Positions 50,234 to 60,087 of a stretch of 64,000 bases of DNA are shown here, one piece after another (the stretch's first letter is position 1; each line of letters opens with the position of its first letter). The notes beneath the pieces are model-generated. The model saw only the letters and a program-made list of their open reading frames with translations. It was not told the origin of the DNA and ran no database searches. A program made the position numbers and the translations under genes. Origin of the DNA: Polyangiaceae bacterium (lineage in GTDB: Bacteria; Myxococcota_A; Polyangia; Polyangiales; Polyangiaceae); the NCBI GenBank assembly GCA_965222375.1, contig CBDCTZ010000012.1, positions 256,001 to 320,000 of the forward strand, given 5' to 3'.

Positions 50234-50412
50234 CAGCTTGGTGTCTTCCTGAGTGGCGCGGGAGCGAGCCGCTGTGGAGAGCTTCTCGTACCCCGGTCCC
50301 CCTGGGCAAGCGCTGCCCAGGCCGTGCAACCGAGCCTGTGGCCTCGGGCGGGAAAGTTCGAGAGTAATGCCCCGATGCGGCCCAGGGAACCGACCCCAAA
50401 AACCAAGAGAGC

Positions 50413-52047
50413 TCAGCCCTTCTTCTTCGGCTTTTTCTTGGGCTCGTCGTCCTTCTTCGGCGCGGGGGCATCGTCAGCGCGCCAGAAGGGCATGCCGGCG
50501 TCTTCAGTCCATCCGTACTTTCCGTACTTTCCGGGTTCGCGTCGCTCCAAAAATTCGGAGCCGCCTTCACCGCTCCCGCTCTCCACGCCCTGGGTCATCA
50601 CGAGCAATTCGTCGGCGACATATTCGGGGTGGGGATCGTCCTGGGCGCGCACCTTGTCGCGTGGGAAGTCTCCGGTTCCGACGCGAATGATCTGGGTCGT
50701 GGGTGGATAGACGTCATTCCAACGCTCCCGCACGGCGTGGGCGCCGTCGCGCACGATTCGATAGCGATGCAACTTGAATCCGGACATGCCGCGTTGGGAC
50801 AGGATGCGCATGCCGTGGGGCAGGTCCTTGTCTTGGCGCTCGACTTCTTCGTAGGGGATCGCGTGGGTGATACGTCGGATCAGGGTGACGGTCCGCGTGC
50901 GCTTTGGGCCCAAGATTTCCGCGCGGACCACGCCGTTCTTCACGGTTTGGTGCAAGACGATGGGTACCGCGAGGTTGTTTCTAATTCGGAAGTTGATGGT
51001 GGGGTACACGACCGTCGCATCGAGGCCCATCTTTATGTAGGAGCTAGGGCGCGTGTGGGGGTAGCGTTCCACGATTTCCAGACCAGCGAAAAAGGCAGCT
51101 CCATGAAGCGTGCCGGATACCTGGCAGGTACCGCCTCCGATCCCGTCGACGACCTCGCCTTCGGCGATGACCGGGGCGACCTTGTAGCCATTGGCTTCAT
51201 CGCGAGGGCCGACGATTTCGTTGAAGTCGAAGATCTCGTTCGGCAGCAGCACGTAGCCGTCGAACTTCGACGCAGCTTGGCGCAGGTTGTAGGTGCGCGC
51301 GGCGTAGCGGGAGGCGCGGTTGTAGCGGGTTTCGAAGGCGCCCAAGACCTCGTCGAATTCGACGTTGCCCAGTTGAGAAGCCAAGCGCTTCGGTTTCTGA
51401 GGCTCGAAAACGATGCGGGCGGTCCGATCCCCGCGCTCGAGGGAACTTTCGATCTGAAGCAGGGTTGCGTCGACGTCGAGTAGCTGCCCAAGTACCTCGG
51501 GTACGAGCTTGCGTTTCTCGAGGTCCAGCCGCGCGTCATGCGCAACGCGGTCCAGTGCATCCTTGAGGCGCAGAAGTTCTGGCAGGACGGCCTCGGTGTC
51601 CATCACCACGGGCACTGGCAACACCAAGGCACCGGGTTCGGAGCGCTGGCGGTGCGCCCGGCGCAGCGGGCTCGTTCCATCCCGGGCATCTCGCACCAGC
51701 TGGGCCAGTCGAACCTTGTCGATCTTTGTGCCGAGGCGGCTGAAGCGAATGGGGCGCTTCTTGCCGTCCGGAAGCTCGAGGGAGAACTGGCCGGCCACGT
51801 AACTGCGCACCCGTTTCAGGGCTCGGGCAGGGGCGTCATCGCCCAGAGCGAGGGGCTGGCCCAGTAGGCGCACCTCCGGAGGCGGCTCGGTCTGCGAGCC
51901 TGGTTCGGGCGCCCGAGGCACCAGGGTCAAACCGATGGCGATGCCGGCGACTGCGGCGATGCCGACGCTGACCGCACCCCTATTTGCGAGCAGGCGCGAA
52001 AAAAGCGACGGGCTCTTCCGGCTGCCGGGGCTCATGACGCCAGCCAT
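50413..52047 (-). CDS. VanW family protein with G5-like C-terminal region
   Basis: N-terminal TM; FDFNEIVGPR, GYKVAPVI, GIGGGTCQVSGTL, ERYPH, GLDATV. Confidence 0.9.
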   Translation of the reverse strand: MAGVMSPGSRKSPSLFSRLLANRGAVSVGIAAVAGIAIGLTLVPRAPEPGSQTEPPPEVRLLGQPLALGDDAPARALKRVRSYVAGQFSLELPDGKKRPIRFSRLGTKIDKVRLAQLVRDARDGTSPLRRAHRQRSEPGALVLPVPVVMDTEAVLPELLRLKDALDRVAHDARLDLEKRKLVPEVLGQLLDVDATLLQIESSLERGDRTARIVFEPQKPKRLASQLGNVEFDEVLGAFETRYNRASRYAARTYNLRQAASKFDGYVLLPNEIFDFNEIVGPRDEANGYKVAPVIAEGEVVDGIGGGTCQVSGTLHGAAFFAGLEIVERYPHTRPSSYIKMGLDATVVYPTINFRIRNNLAVPIVLHQTVKNGVVRAEILGPKRTRTVTLIRRITHAIPYEEVERQDKDLPHGMRILSQRGMSGFKLHRYRIVRDGAHAVRERWNDVYPPTTQIIRVGTGDFPRDKVRAQDDPHPEYVADELLVMTQGVESGSGEGGSEFLERREPGKYGKYGWTEDAGMPFWRADDAPAPKKDDEPKKKPKKKG

Positions 52048-52117
52048 AACACGCCGTCCAGCAAAATCGAGATCCCGGTCGCGCCAAGGGTTTTGACGCA
52101 TACTCTTCGCCTCCGCG

Positions 52118-54013
52118 ATGGCGCTACCGGACGAAGTCGAGAAAAAGCTCCCTGCGCTGCCGGCGCGTCCGGGCTGCTACATCTTCCGAGATTCGGGCGG
52201 CGAGGCGCTCTACATCGGCAAGGCGACCAGCCTGCGGGCGCGGGTCCGCAGCTACTTTCAGGACGGGAGCAGCGACGAGCGTGGTTTTCTGCCCCTGCTG
52301 CGGCGCCAGGTGAGCGACTTCGAGACAGTCGTCACTGCCAGTGAAAAAGAAGCGGCCATCCTCGAGAACAGTCTGATCAAGAAGAACCGGCCTCGTTACA
52401 ACGTCAAGCTACGCGACGACAAGGAGTTCCTCACCCTGCGACTGTCCCTGCAGCACGAGTATCCGCGCTTGGAATTGGTGCGAAAGCCGGACTCGGACCG
52501 TGCGCAATACTTCGGCCCTTACCACTCGGCGACGGCCGCACGGCGCACGCTCCATCTCGTGGAAAAACACTTTCAATTGCGCACTTGTTCGGATCGAGAA
52601 TTGGCGTCACGCAAGCGCCCTTGTCTGCAGTACCAAATCAAGCGCTGCCCCGCGCCCTGCGTCTACGACATCGAAGAGGAGAACTATGCACAACAAGTCC
52701 GTGCGGTTGCCCTCTTCCTGCAAGCACGCCACGACGAACTGTGCGACGAATTGGAAGAGCGCATGGCGGAGGCCAGTAGCGGGATGCAGTACGAGTTGGC
52801 AGCGCTGTATCGGGATCAGCTGCAAGCCGTGAATACCGCGCGAGAGGCCCAACGGGTGGTCGCGGTTTCGGATCGGGATCAAGACGTGCTGGGGCTGTAT
52901 CGGGAAGGGGATTTGGCGGAGCTCACGTTGCTCACCGTGAGATCTGGCCGGGTGGTCGACGCCGCGAGCATTTCCCACAAGCGCCTGGAGTTGCCCGACG
53001 ACGAACTGGTGGCGACCTTCCTGCGGGAGCACTACGGTCGCGAGAGCGTGGGCGCGGCGCTCATACCCGATGAAGTGATTCTGCCGGTCTTGCCCGAGGG
53101 CAGCGTAGGCGTATCCGAGTGGTTGAGCGAACGTCGCCAGAATGCCGGAGGGCGGACTCGGCGCGTGGAGTTGTCGGCGCCTGCGCGCGGAACCAAGCGC
53201 AAGCTGCTCGACTTGGCCCAAGACAACGCTCGGCACGCCTTCGAAGAAAAGCGCCGCGCGGCCGACGACATCGAAGAGCGGCTGGCGCGACTCCAGGCGA
53301 AACTGCGCATCTCCACGCTGCCTCGGCGAATCGAGTGCTGCGACATCTCGCATCTGGGCGGCCAGGACACCGTGGGCGCTGTGGTAGCGCTCAAGGATGG
53401 GGCTCCAGACAAGAAGCAGTATCGGAGCTACACCGTGCGCGGGGTGACCGAGGGCGACGACTACGCCGCGATGTACGAAGTGCTTTCACGCCGCTTTCGG
53501 CGCGGTAAGGCCGCCGCTGACGCAGCCGAGCAAGGCGAGGCGTCGGAGTGGGAGCTGCCGGATCTATTCGTGGTCGACGGCGGACGCGGGCAGCTCGCGG
53601 TGGCGCTGACGGCGGCGAGCGACCTGGGTTTGCACGATTTGGCCGTGGTGGGCCTGGCCAAGGAGCGCGAGACGCCTCTGGGGGAAAAACTGGTGGATCG
53701 CGTGTACTTGCCCGGTCAGAAGAACCCCGTTTCCCTACGCGCGAATAGCGCGGAGCTCTTCTTGCTGACTCGGGTTCGGGACGAGGCGCATCGCTTCGCG
53801 AATCGGGGACGGAAGAAGACCGGCAAGCGGCGTCGTTTCGAATCCGAGCTGGACCGAGTGGCGGGCATTGGTGCCAAGACGCGTACGGCGCTGCTATCCC
53901 ATTTGGGATCTCTTGAAGCAGTACGTGCTGCCAGCGACGAAGAGATCCTTGCGGTGCCGGGTGTGAACCGACGCCAGCTCAACGCTCTGCGAAAGCACTT
54001 CGCTGCTGAGTGA
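52118..54013 (+). CDS. uvrC: Excinuclease ABC subunit C
   Basis: GIY-YIG (PGCYIF..YIGKA), PRYNVKLRDDK, RIECCDISH, DDYAAM, VDGGRGQL, RDEAHRFA, HhH. Confidence 0.97.
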   Translation: MALPDEVEKKLPALPARPGCYIFRDSGGEALYIGKATSLRARVRSYFQDGSSDERGFLPLLRRQVSDFETVVTASEKEAAILENSLIKKNRPRYNVKLRDDKEFLTLRLSLQHEYPRLELVRKPDSDRAQYFGPYHSATAARRTLHLVEKHFQLRTCSDRELASRKRPCLQYQIKRCPAPCVYDIEEENYAQQVRAVALFLQARHDELCDELEERMAEASSGMQYELAALYRDQLQAVNTAREAQRVVAVSDRDQDVLGLYREGDLAELTLLTVRSGRVVDAASISHKRLELPDDELVATFLREHYGRESVGAALIPDEVILPVLPEGSVGVSEWLSERRQNAGGRTRRVELSAPARGTKRKLLDLAQDNARHAFEEKRRAADDIEERLARLQAKLRISTLPRRIECCDISHLGGQDTVGAVVALKDGAPDKKQYRSYTVRGVTEGDDYAAMYEVLSRRFRRGKAAADAAEQGEASEWELPDLFVVDGGRGQLAVALTAASDLGLHDLAVVGLAKERETPLGEKLVDRVYLPGQKNPVSLRANSAELFLLTRVRDEAHRFANRGRKKTGKRRRFESELDRVAGIGAKTRTALLSHLGSLEAVRAASDEEILAVPGVNRRQLNALRKHFAAE

Positions 54014-54021
54014 GCACGGCG

Positions 54022-54085
54022 CGTCAATCGAGTTGGCGCGGGCGAGTGTGCGACGTCAATTGAGTTGGCGTCAATCGAGTTGGCG
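54022..54085. repeat. Three direct repeats CGTCAAT(C/T)GAGTTGGCG
   Basis: Copies at 54022-54038, 54054-54070, 54069-54085. Confidence 0.85.
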
Positions 54086-54156
54086 GGCGCGACGGGCGAA
54101 CGCGATCGAGTCGACTTTGCGCGGGACGACGACGTGGTTCTGCACAGATTCATGCG

Positions 54157-54172
54157 CGGCATGCGCCTTGCT
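54157..54172 (+). promoter_or_regulatory. Putative sigma54 promoter
   Basis: CGGCATGCGCCTTGCT (GG-N10-GC), 44 nt before ATG 54217. Confidence 0.6.
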
Positions 54173-54216
54173 GACTAAGCGCGGCAGAAGCACGGCTGAC
54201 AACGAAAGGTGCGAGC

Positions 54217-56529
54217 ATGAAAAGGCCAATGCCATTGGCTTCGGGGTACCTCTGTAGGTATCGCGGAGCGCGACGAATGTGCGTCTTCGCAGCGAGCTAC
54301 GTGTTCGCACTACTGCTCTTGATGGGTTGCCTCGACCGGCCAGTGTCGCCGCTGTCGCCTCAAACGACCAACATCACTGTGGATCAGATCCGGCAAACCT
54401 CTTTCGACAAGATCGACTTGTTGTTCATGATCGACAATTCAATCTCCATGGCCGACAAGCAACAGATCTTGAAAGCCGCGGTGCCGAAGTTGGTGGAGCG
54501 CCTGGTCACGCCGCGCTGCGTGGATGCTGCGACGTTGCAGCCCACGACGGGCAACGCACCCAACTGTGCGCCTACGGATGTGCCCGAATTCCCCCCAATT
54601 GTCGACATTCACCTGGGTGTGATCACCTCCAGCCTTGGAGCGCACGGAGGAGAAACCTGCTCGGATGCGGCGTCGCCGGCAGGGCAGCGCGGCGATGATC
54701 GCGGGCGGCTGTTGCCATCGGTTCGAGATGGCCTGGTCAATCACGAAGGTCTGGATTTCTTGTGGTGGAATCCGGCGGACGACCCGGCCGATGTCGCGGA
54801 CTCCAGCACGCTGATCTCCGAGTTCAGCGCTCAGGTGGTCGCCGCCGGTGAAAACGGCTGTGGCTACGAGGCCTCCCTCGAGGCCTGGTATCGATTTCTG
54901 ATCGATCCCCAACCTCCGGAGTCTGTGAAGAAGCAAGGCAACTTCACGGTCGTCGCACACTGCACTGACGAGGGCGCCGACTGCGGTGCGGCTGGCACCT
55001 GCGTGGGTGGCGTGTGTGCCGACAAGACGGTGTTGGCTCAGCGAAAGGCGTTCCTGCGCGGCGACTCGCTGGTGGCGGTCATCATGCTGTCGGACGAAAA
55101 TGACTGCTCGATCCGCGACGACGGTCAAGGCTGGTTGGTCAGTACCGGCGCGCCGGGCCTGCCTCGAGCAACCGGCGTTTGCAAGACAGATCCGGATGAC
55201 CCGTGCTGTACGTCCTGTGGTGCTCCTGCGCCAGATGGATGTCCGCCACACGCTCAGGATGCCGAGTGCAGCCAGAACGGCGGTGTCTACGCAGCCACTG
55301 AGGATCACGTGAACCTCCGATGCTGGGAGCAGAAGAAACGCTTCGGCGTCGACTTGTTGCAGCCGCTGAGTCGCTACGTCTCGGGTTTGAAGGACCCCGT
55401 CATCAAAGACCGCGCCGGCAACGATACGCCGAACCCTCTCTACTCGACGGGCGGTGGGGTGGCTCGGGATCCGAGTTCGGTCTTTCTGGCGGGCATCGTG
55501 GGCGTGCCGTGGCAAGCGGTTGCCACGGACGAGAGTCAGGCCGCCGGCACGCCTCTGGCGTACAAATCGGCGCGGGATGTCGACTGGGCAGCCATCACCC
55601 GGACGGGGCGTGCGCCCCCCACGAATCCGCGCATGGTCGAAAGCCACGCCGTGCGCCCCGGATTGGCGGACTTCAACGCTCCAAACAGCGACCCGGTCCA
55701 CGGTCATGACTGGGACATCGCGGCAGCCGGCGGCGCGCAAGGGCCCGGTGACCTGCAGTTCGCCTGCATCTTTCCTCTGGCTCAGCCTCGAGACTGCAAG
55801 GCGGCTTCGGCTAGGTGCGACTGCAAGGCCGCGGGGGTGAACGGCAAGAGCCCGTTGTGCTGGGATGGTGCCAAGTTCGGTGAGGTGCAACACAACGCCA
55901 AGGCGTTTCCAGGGTTGCGGCAGCTGGAGGTGCTGCGCGACTTCGGAGACAACGCCATCGTGGCATCCATCTGTCCGAAGGAGGCCAAGAACGAAGCCGA
56001 CCCGAGCTACGGTTACAATCCGGCCGTCGACGCCATCGTGGATCGGCTGAAGGACCAGTTGGGGGGGACCTGCATCACTCGGCCTGTGGAGGTTACGCAA
56101 AACGCCGACGGCACGACCTCCACGCAGTGTGCCGTGGTGGAAGTCACCTCCACGACCGGGGGTGCGTGTAGTTGTGACCCGGTTGCCAATCGTCGCCTAC
56201 CCAATCAGAAGTTGATCCAGCCGGTGCTTGCAGGGCTGCGCGAGGACCGTGTGTGTGGCGAAAACACTGGCGGGCCCGCGGCATGCACGCAGCAGGAGTT
56301 CTGCCTGTGCGAGATCGCCGAGGCCGATCCCAAGGCGTCGTGTGAAAACGACGCTCAGCCCTCCGGGACCGGCTGGTGCTATGTCGATCCCAGTCAGGGC
56401 GTGGGGCGTGACGAAGTGATCCCGAAGGAGTGCAATCCGCGTCGGCAGTTGCGCTTCGTGGGTCAGGACACTCCGGCGAAGAACTCCGTCGTCTTCATCG
56501 CCTGCCTAGGCAAGCCTCTCGGCTCCTAA
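54217..56529 (+). CDS. Cys-rich vWA-like (MIDAS DxSxS) lipoprotein, paralog 1
   Basis: Lipobox LMGC; KIDLLFMIDNSISM, GCGYEASLE, VIMLSDENDCS. Confidence 0.88.
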   Translation: MKRPMPLASGYLCRYRGARRMCVFAASYVFALLLLMGCLDRPVSPLSPQTTNITVDQIRQTSFDKIDLLFMIDNSISMADKQQILKAAVPKLVERLVTPRCVDAATLQPTTGNAPNCAPTDVPEFPPIVDIHLGVITSSLGAHGGETCSDAASPAGQRGDDRGRLLPSVRDGLVNHEGLDFLWWNPADDPADVADSSTLISEFSAQVVAAGENGCGYEASLEAWYRFLIDPQPPESVKKQGNFTVVAHCTDEGADCGAAGTCVGGVCADKTVLAQRKAFLRGDSLVAVIMLSDENDCSIRDDGQGWLVSTGAPGLPRATGVCKTDPDDPCCTSCGAPAPDGCPPHAQDAECSQNGGVYAATEDHVNLRCWEQKKRFGVDLLQPLSRYVSGLKDPVIKDRAGNDTPNPLYSTGGGVARDPSSVFLAGIVGVPWQAVATDESQAAGTPLAYKSARDVDWAAITRTGRAPPTNPRMVESHAVRPGLADFNAPNSDPVHGHDWDIAAAGGAQGPGDLQFACIFPLAQPRDCKAASARCDCKAAGVNGKSPLCWDGAKFGEVQHNAKAFPGLRQLEVLRDFGDNAIVASICPKEAKNEADPSYGYNPAVDAIVDRLKDQLGGTCITRPVEVTQNADGTTSTQCAVVEVTSTTGGACSCDPVANRRLPNQKLIQPVLAGLREDRVCGENTGGPAACTQQEFCLCEIAEADPKASCENDAQPSGTGWCYVDPSQGVGRDEVIPKECNPRRQLRFVGQDTPAKNSVVFIACLGKPLGS

Positions 56530-56688
56530 ACCCCCCGGGGCTGCGCCCGCCCCCGCCTGCGCGGTCACCCTCACCCCCGCGCCCGCCCCCAAGCCCTCCG
56601 GAACCTCTGTTGGCGCCCAGCCGCCTGGATCGGCAACTGGGTTGGCGGTGGCCCGGCGGCTTTGCCCCCGATCTGGCCGAAATCTCCC

Positions 56689-56704
56689 GGGCACGCGCTT
56701 TGCC
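56689..56704 (+). promoter_or_regulatory. Putative sigma54 promoter
   Basis: GGGCACGCGCTTTGCC (GGCACG-N4-TTGC), about 200 nt before ATG 56902. Confidence 0.6.
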
Positions 56705-56901
56705 CGATCTAGGCTTGTGCGGCCCCTAATTCACTCGATTTGCGCTCCGTCGGCGAGGGCGGCAACCGCGATTGACAGCAATGGTCCCGCGCACTTACGC
56801 TCGTGCGGCCCTGGCTTTTCGCCAGCTCGGGCGACTAATATTGTTGTAGGTCTGATCGGGTCGCCCCCACTGGGCATGGGTTTCCTAAGGAGTCTGTCGA
56901 G

Positions 56902-59223
56902 ATGAAGAAAAGTTCATCCCTTTCGGCGCGCATGGTTCGCGCCACCATCGCGGGTATCGCGTCCGTGGCCACCCTGGGTGGGCTGGCCTCGGGCTGCTTG
57001 GATCGGCCGGTTTCGGAGGACAGGCCCAGAACGACGAACGTGTTTGTCGACCAGATCCGCCAGTCCGGCGTCGACAAGATCGACATGCTGTTCATGATCG
57101 ACAACTCGATCTCCATGGCGGACAAGCAGAAGATCTTGGAAGCCGCGGTGCCGAAGCTGGTCGAGCGCCTGGTGACGCCCCGCTGCGTGGACGCGGGCAC
57201 GAAGGCGCCGACCACGGGGAACTTCCCCAACTGTGCCGGCACCGACGAACCGGAATTCCCCCCGATCAAAGACATTCACCTCGGCGTGATCACGTCGAGC
57301 CTGGGCGCCCATGGCGGCGAAACGTGCTCGGAGAACAGCCCGAACTTCAAGCCCGATCAGAACGATAACGGTCGCCTGGTCGGGCCCTTGCGCGGCGTGA
57401 CCAACCACGAGGACCTGGATTTCTTGTGGTGGAACCCCGACTCGGACCCGTCGGATCAAGCCGACTCGAGTACACTGATATCCGAGTTCAGCGCTCAGGT
57501 GGTGGCCGCCGGCGAGACCGGCTGCGGCTATGAGGCTTCTCTCGAAGCTTGGTATCGCTTCTTGGTCGATCCCCAGCCGCCAAACATCGTCAAAAAGGAG
57601 GGCAACTTCACGACCGTGGAGCAATGCCAGGGCGACGGCACGGATTGCGGCAACGGCGGAACCTGCGTGGGTGGCTTCTGTGCCGACAAGACGGTGCTGG
57701 CGCAGCGCCAAGCGTTCCTCCGCAGCGACTCCCTGGTCGCCGTGGTGATGCTGTCGGACGAGAACGATTGTTCGATTCGTGACGACGGCCAGGGCTGGCT
57801 GGTCAGCATCGCCACGCCCGGTCTTCCGCGTGCGACGGCAGCGTGTGCACAGGATCCAGACGATCAGTGTTGTACGTCGTGTGGTGCGCCCACGCCTGCA
57901 GGTTGCATTCCGGCGGCCCAGGATCCGGAGTGCAGCAAGAACGGTGGGAACTACACTGGTCCCGAGGACCATGTGAACTTGCGTTGCTGGGAGCAGAAGA
58001 AGCGTTACGGCGTGGACTTCTTGTATCCCCTCAACCGCTACGTCACGGCCCTGAAGAACCCGACAATCAAGGATCGGTCGAACAACGACACGCCCAACCC
58101 GCTGTTTTCGACGGGCGGCGGCGTATCCCGAGATCCCAGTCTGATCTTCTTGGCTGGCATCGTGGGTGTGCCTTGGCAGCTGATCGCGACGGACGACAGC
58201 CAAGCGGCGGGCGCACCCTTGAAGTACAAGAACGCTCGGGACATCAATTGGCCCGCCATCACGCGTACAGGAAACGCGCCTCCGACGGACGTGCACATGG
58301 TGGAGCAGCATCCGCCCCGCGCGGGATTGCCGGACTTCAACGGTGCCCCCAAGGCGGACCCGATTCATGGTCACGACTGGGACATCGCTACGGCCTTCGG
58401 AGCCCAGCAGGGCCCAGGCGACTTGCAGTATGCTTGCATCTTCCCCTTGGCCCAGAGTCGCGATTGCTCCGGTGCCACGGGTGGTTGTGACTGCAATGCC
58501 GCCGGTGTGAACGGGAAGAGTCCGCTGTGCTGGGATGGCGCCCAGTACTCCAGCGTGCAGACCAGCGCGAAAGCGTATCCCGGCCTGCGCCAGCTCGAAG
58601 TGCTGCGTGACTTCGGCGACAACGCCATCGTGGCGTCCATCTGCCCGAAGGAAGCCGTCGATACCAACAATCCGAGCTTCGGCTACAACCCTGCAGTCGA
58701 TGCCATTGTCGACCGCTTGAAAGAGCAGCTCAGCGGCTCCTGCCTGACCCGCCCGGTCACGGTCGAATGCGAGGGCGAGATCGACCCAAATACCGGAGTG
58801 TGTCAAGGCAACACAGTTACCAAGTGCTCAATCGTGGAGGTTGCAGCCACAGACGGGGGCGCCTGCGGCTGCGATCCCAACATCAATCGCCAGGACCCCA
58901 ACCCCAAGCTAATCAAGCCCGTGCTCGACGGCCTGAGAAAAGACCGTATTTGTGGTGGGGCTGGACAGCCGTCGTGCACACAGACCGACTTCTGTCTGTG
59001 TCAGATTGGTGAGGCCAACCCGAAGACGTCCTGTGAGAACGAGGCCAATCCGCAGGGGATCGGCTGGTGCTACATCGATCCCGAGGGCACGCCGGCGCTG
59101 GGGAACATCGACTTGGTGCAGGACTGCAACCCGAAGCGCCAGCTTCGCTTCATCGGTGGAGACACGCCGAAGAAGAACTCGATCGTCTTCATCGCCTGCC
59201 TGGGTAAGCCTCTGGGCGAGTAA
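56902..59223 (+). CDS. Cys-rich vWA-like (MIDAS DxSxS) lipoprotein, paralog 2
   Basis: SD AAGGAG; lipobox ASGC; colinear with 54217-56529 over the full length. Confidence 0.9.
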   Translation: MKKSSSLSARMVRATIAGIASVATLGGLASGCLDRPVSEDRPRTTNVFVDQIRQSGVDKIDMLFMIDNSISMADKQKILEAAVPKLVERLVTPRCVDAGTKAPTTGNFPNCAGTDEPEFPPIKDIHLGVITSSLGAHGGETCSENSPNFKPDQNDNGRLVGPLRGVTNHEDLDFLWWNPDSDPSDQADSSTLISEFSAQVVAAGETGCGYEASLEAWYRFLVDPQPPNIVKKEGNFTTVEQCQGDGTDCGNGGTCVGGFCADKTVLAQRQAFLRSDSLVAVVMLSDENDCSIRDDGQGWLVSIATPGLPRATAACAQDPDDQCCTSCGAPTPAGCIPAAQDPECSKNGGNYTGPEDHVNLRCWEQKKRYGVDFLYPLNRYVTALKNPTIKDRSNNDTPNPLFSTGGGVSRDPSLIFLAGIVGVPWQLIATDDSQAAGAPLKYKNARDINWPAITRTGNAPPTDVHMVEQHPPRAGLPDFNGAPKADPIHGHDWDIATAFGAQQGPGDLQYACIFPLAQSRDCSGATGGCDCNAAGVNGKSPLCWDGAQYSSVQTSAKAYPGLRQLEVLRDFGDNAIVASICPKEAVDTNNPSFGYNPAVDAIVDRLKEQLSGSCLTRPVTVECEGEIDPNTGVCQGNTVTKCSIVEVAATDGGACGCDPNINRQDPNPKLIKPVLDGLRKDRICGGAGQPSCTQTDFCLCQIGEANPKTSCENEANPQGIGWCYIDPEGTPALGNIDLVQDCNPKRQLRFIGGDTPKKNSIVFIACLGKPLGE

Positions 59224-59244
59224 GCAGGGCAGAATCGAGCGCGC

Positions 59245-59288
59245 GCGGCGCGGCCAACCCGAGGGTTGCCGCGCCGCCTTCGTTTTGT
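59245..59288 (+). terminator. Intrinsic terminator-like hairpin
   Basis: GCGGCGCGGC(C)AACCC-GA-GGGTTGCCGCGCCGC followed by CTTCGTTTT. Confidence 0.65.
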
Positions 59289-59351
59289 GCAGGAGGTGGC
59301 CGCGTACTGCTGCAGGCCCGTTTCGACCCGTGGTAGCTTGGCGCTGCGGGA

Positions 59352-60041
59352 ATGGAGTCGAAGAAAACCATCCTGGTCATCGAGGACGAGCCCCAACTCG
59401 TGCTCGGCCTGAAGGACGCCCTGGAGTTCGAAGGCTTTCGGGTGCTATCGGCGCCCAATGGCAAGGACGGCGTGTGTGCGGCCCGAAGTGAACGCCCAGA
59501 TGTGGTGCTCTTGGATTTGATGTTGCCGGATATCAACGGCTATCAAGTTTGCGAGGAGCTGCGGCGCTTCGACGCTTTCATGCCCGTGATCATGCTCACC
59601 GCGCGGAGCCAAGAGGCGGACAAGATCCGCGGCTTGGACGCGGGCGCAGACGATTACGTGACCAAGCCGTTCAGTGTCGGCGAACTCATCGCCCGGATTC
59701 GGGCGCTGTTTCGACGAATCAATCGTCCGAGCGAGACCCTCGCGTTCCGAGTGGGCGACGCCACCGTCAACGTGACCGCTCATACGGTGTGCCGAGACGG
59801 CGCGGAGGCAGAAACGCTCAGTTTCTACGAAGTCGAGCTGCTGCGACTACTCTATGAACGCGCCGGCCAGCCTGTCAGTCGAGAGGAGATCTTGAACAAG
59901 ATCTGGGGGCTGGATGCCAGCCCTACCAATCGCACCATCGACAACTACGTGGTCAAGCTGCGTCGCAAGCTCGAGGGCACGCCCGAGAAGCCGGAGCACA
60001 TCCTCACGGTGTACGGATTCGGCTACAAACTGGTGCTGTAG
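59352..60041 (+). CDS. OmpR/PhoB family response regulator
   Basis: ILVIEDE, LLDLMLP, MLTAR, GADDYVTKPF, winged helix TVYGFGYK. Confidence 0.95.
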   Translation: MESKKTILVIEDEPQLVLGLKDALEFEGFRVLSAPNGKDGVCAARSERPDVVLLDLMLPDINGYQVCEELRRFDAFMPVIMLTARSQEADKIRGLDAGADDYVTKPFSVGELIARIRALFRRINRPSETLAFRVGDATVNVTAHTVCRDGAEAETLSFYEVELLRLLYERAGQPVSREEILNKIWGLDASPTNRTIDNYVVKLRRKLEGTPEKPEHILTVYGFGYKLVL

Positions 60042-60087
60042 AGCCCCAACCCCGAAACCGCACCGACCCGAGAAATCCCTTGTCGTT

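Noticed and set aside
54022..54085. Mini CRISPR array
   Set aside because: Repeats are 17 bp with 15-bp or no spacer; no cas genes.
54439..58806. Long minus-strand ORFs (553 and 630 aa)
   Set aside because: Antisense shadows of the GC-biased vWA lipoprotein genes; the same applies to most other overlapping ORFs in the track.
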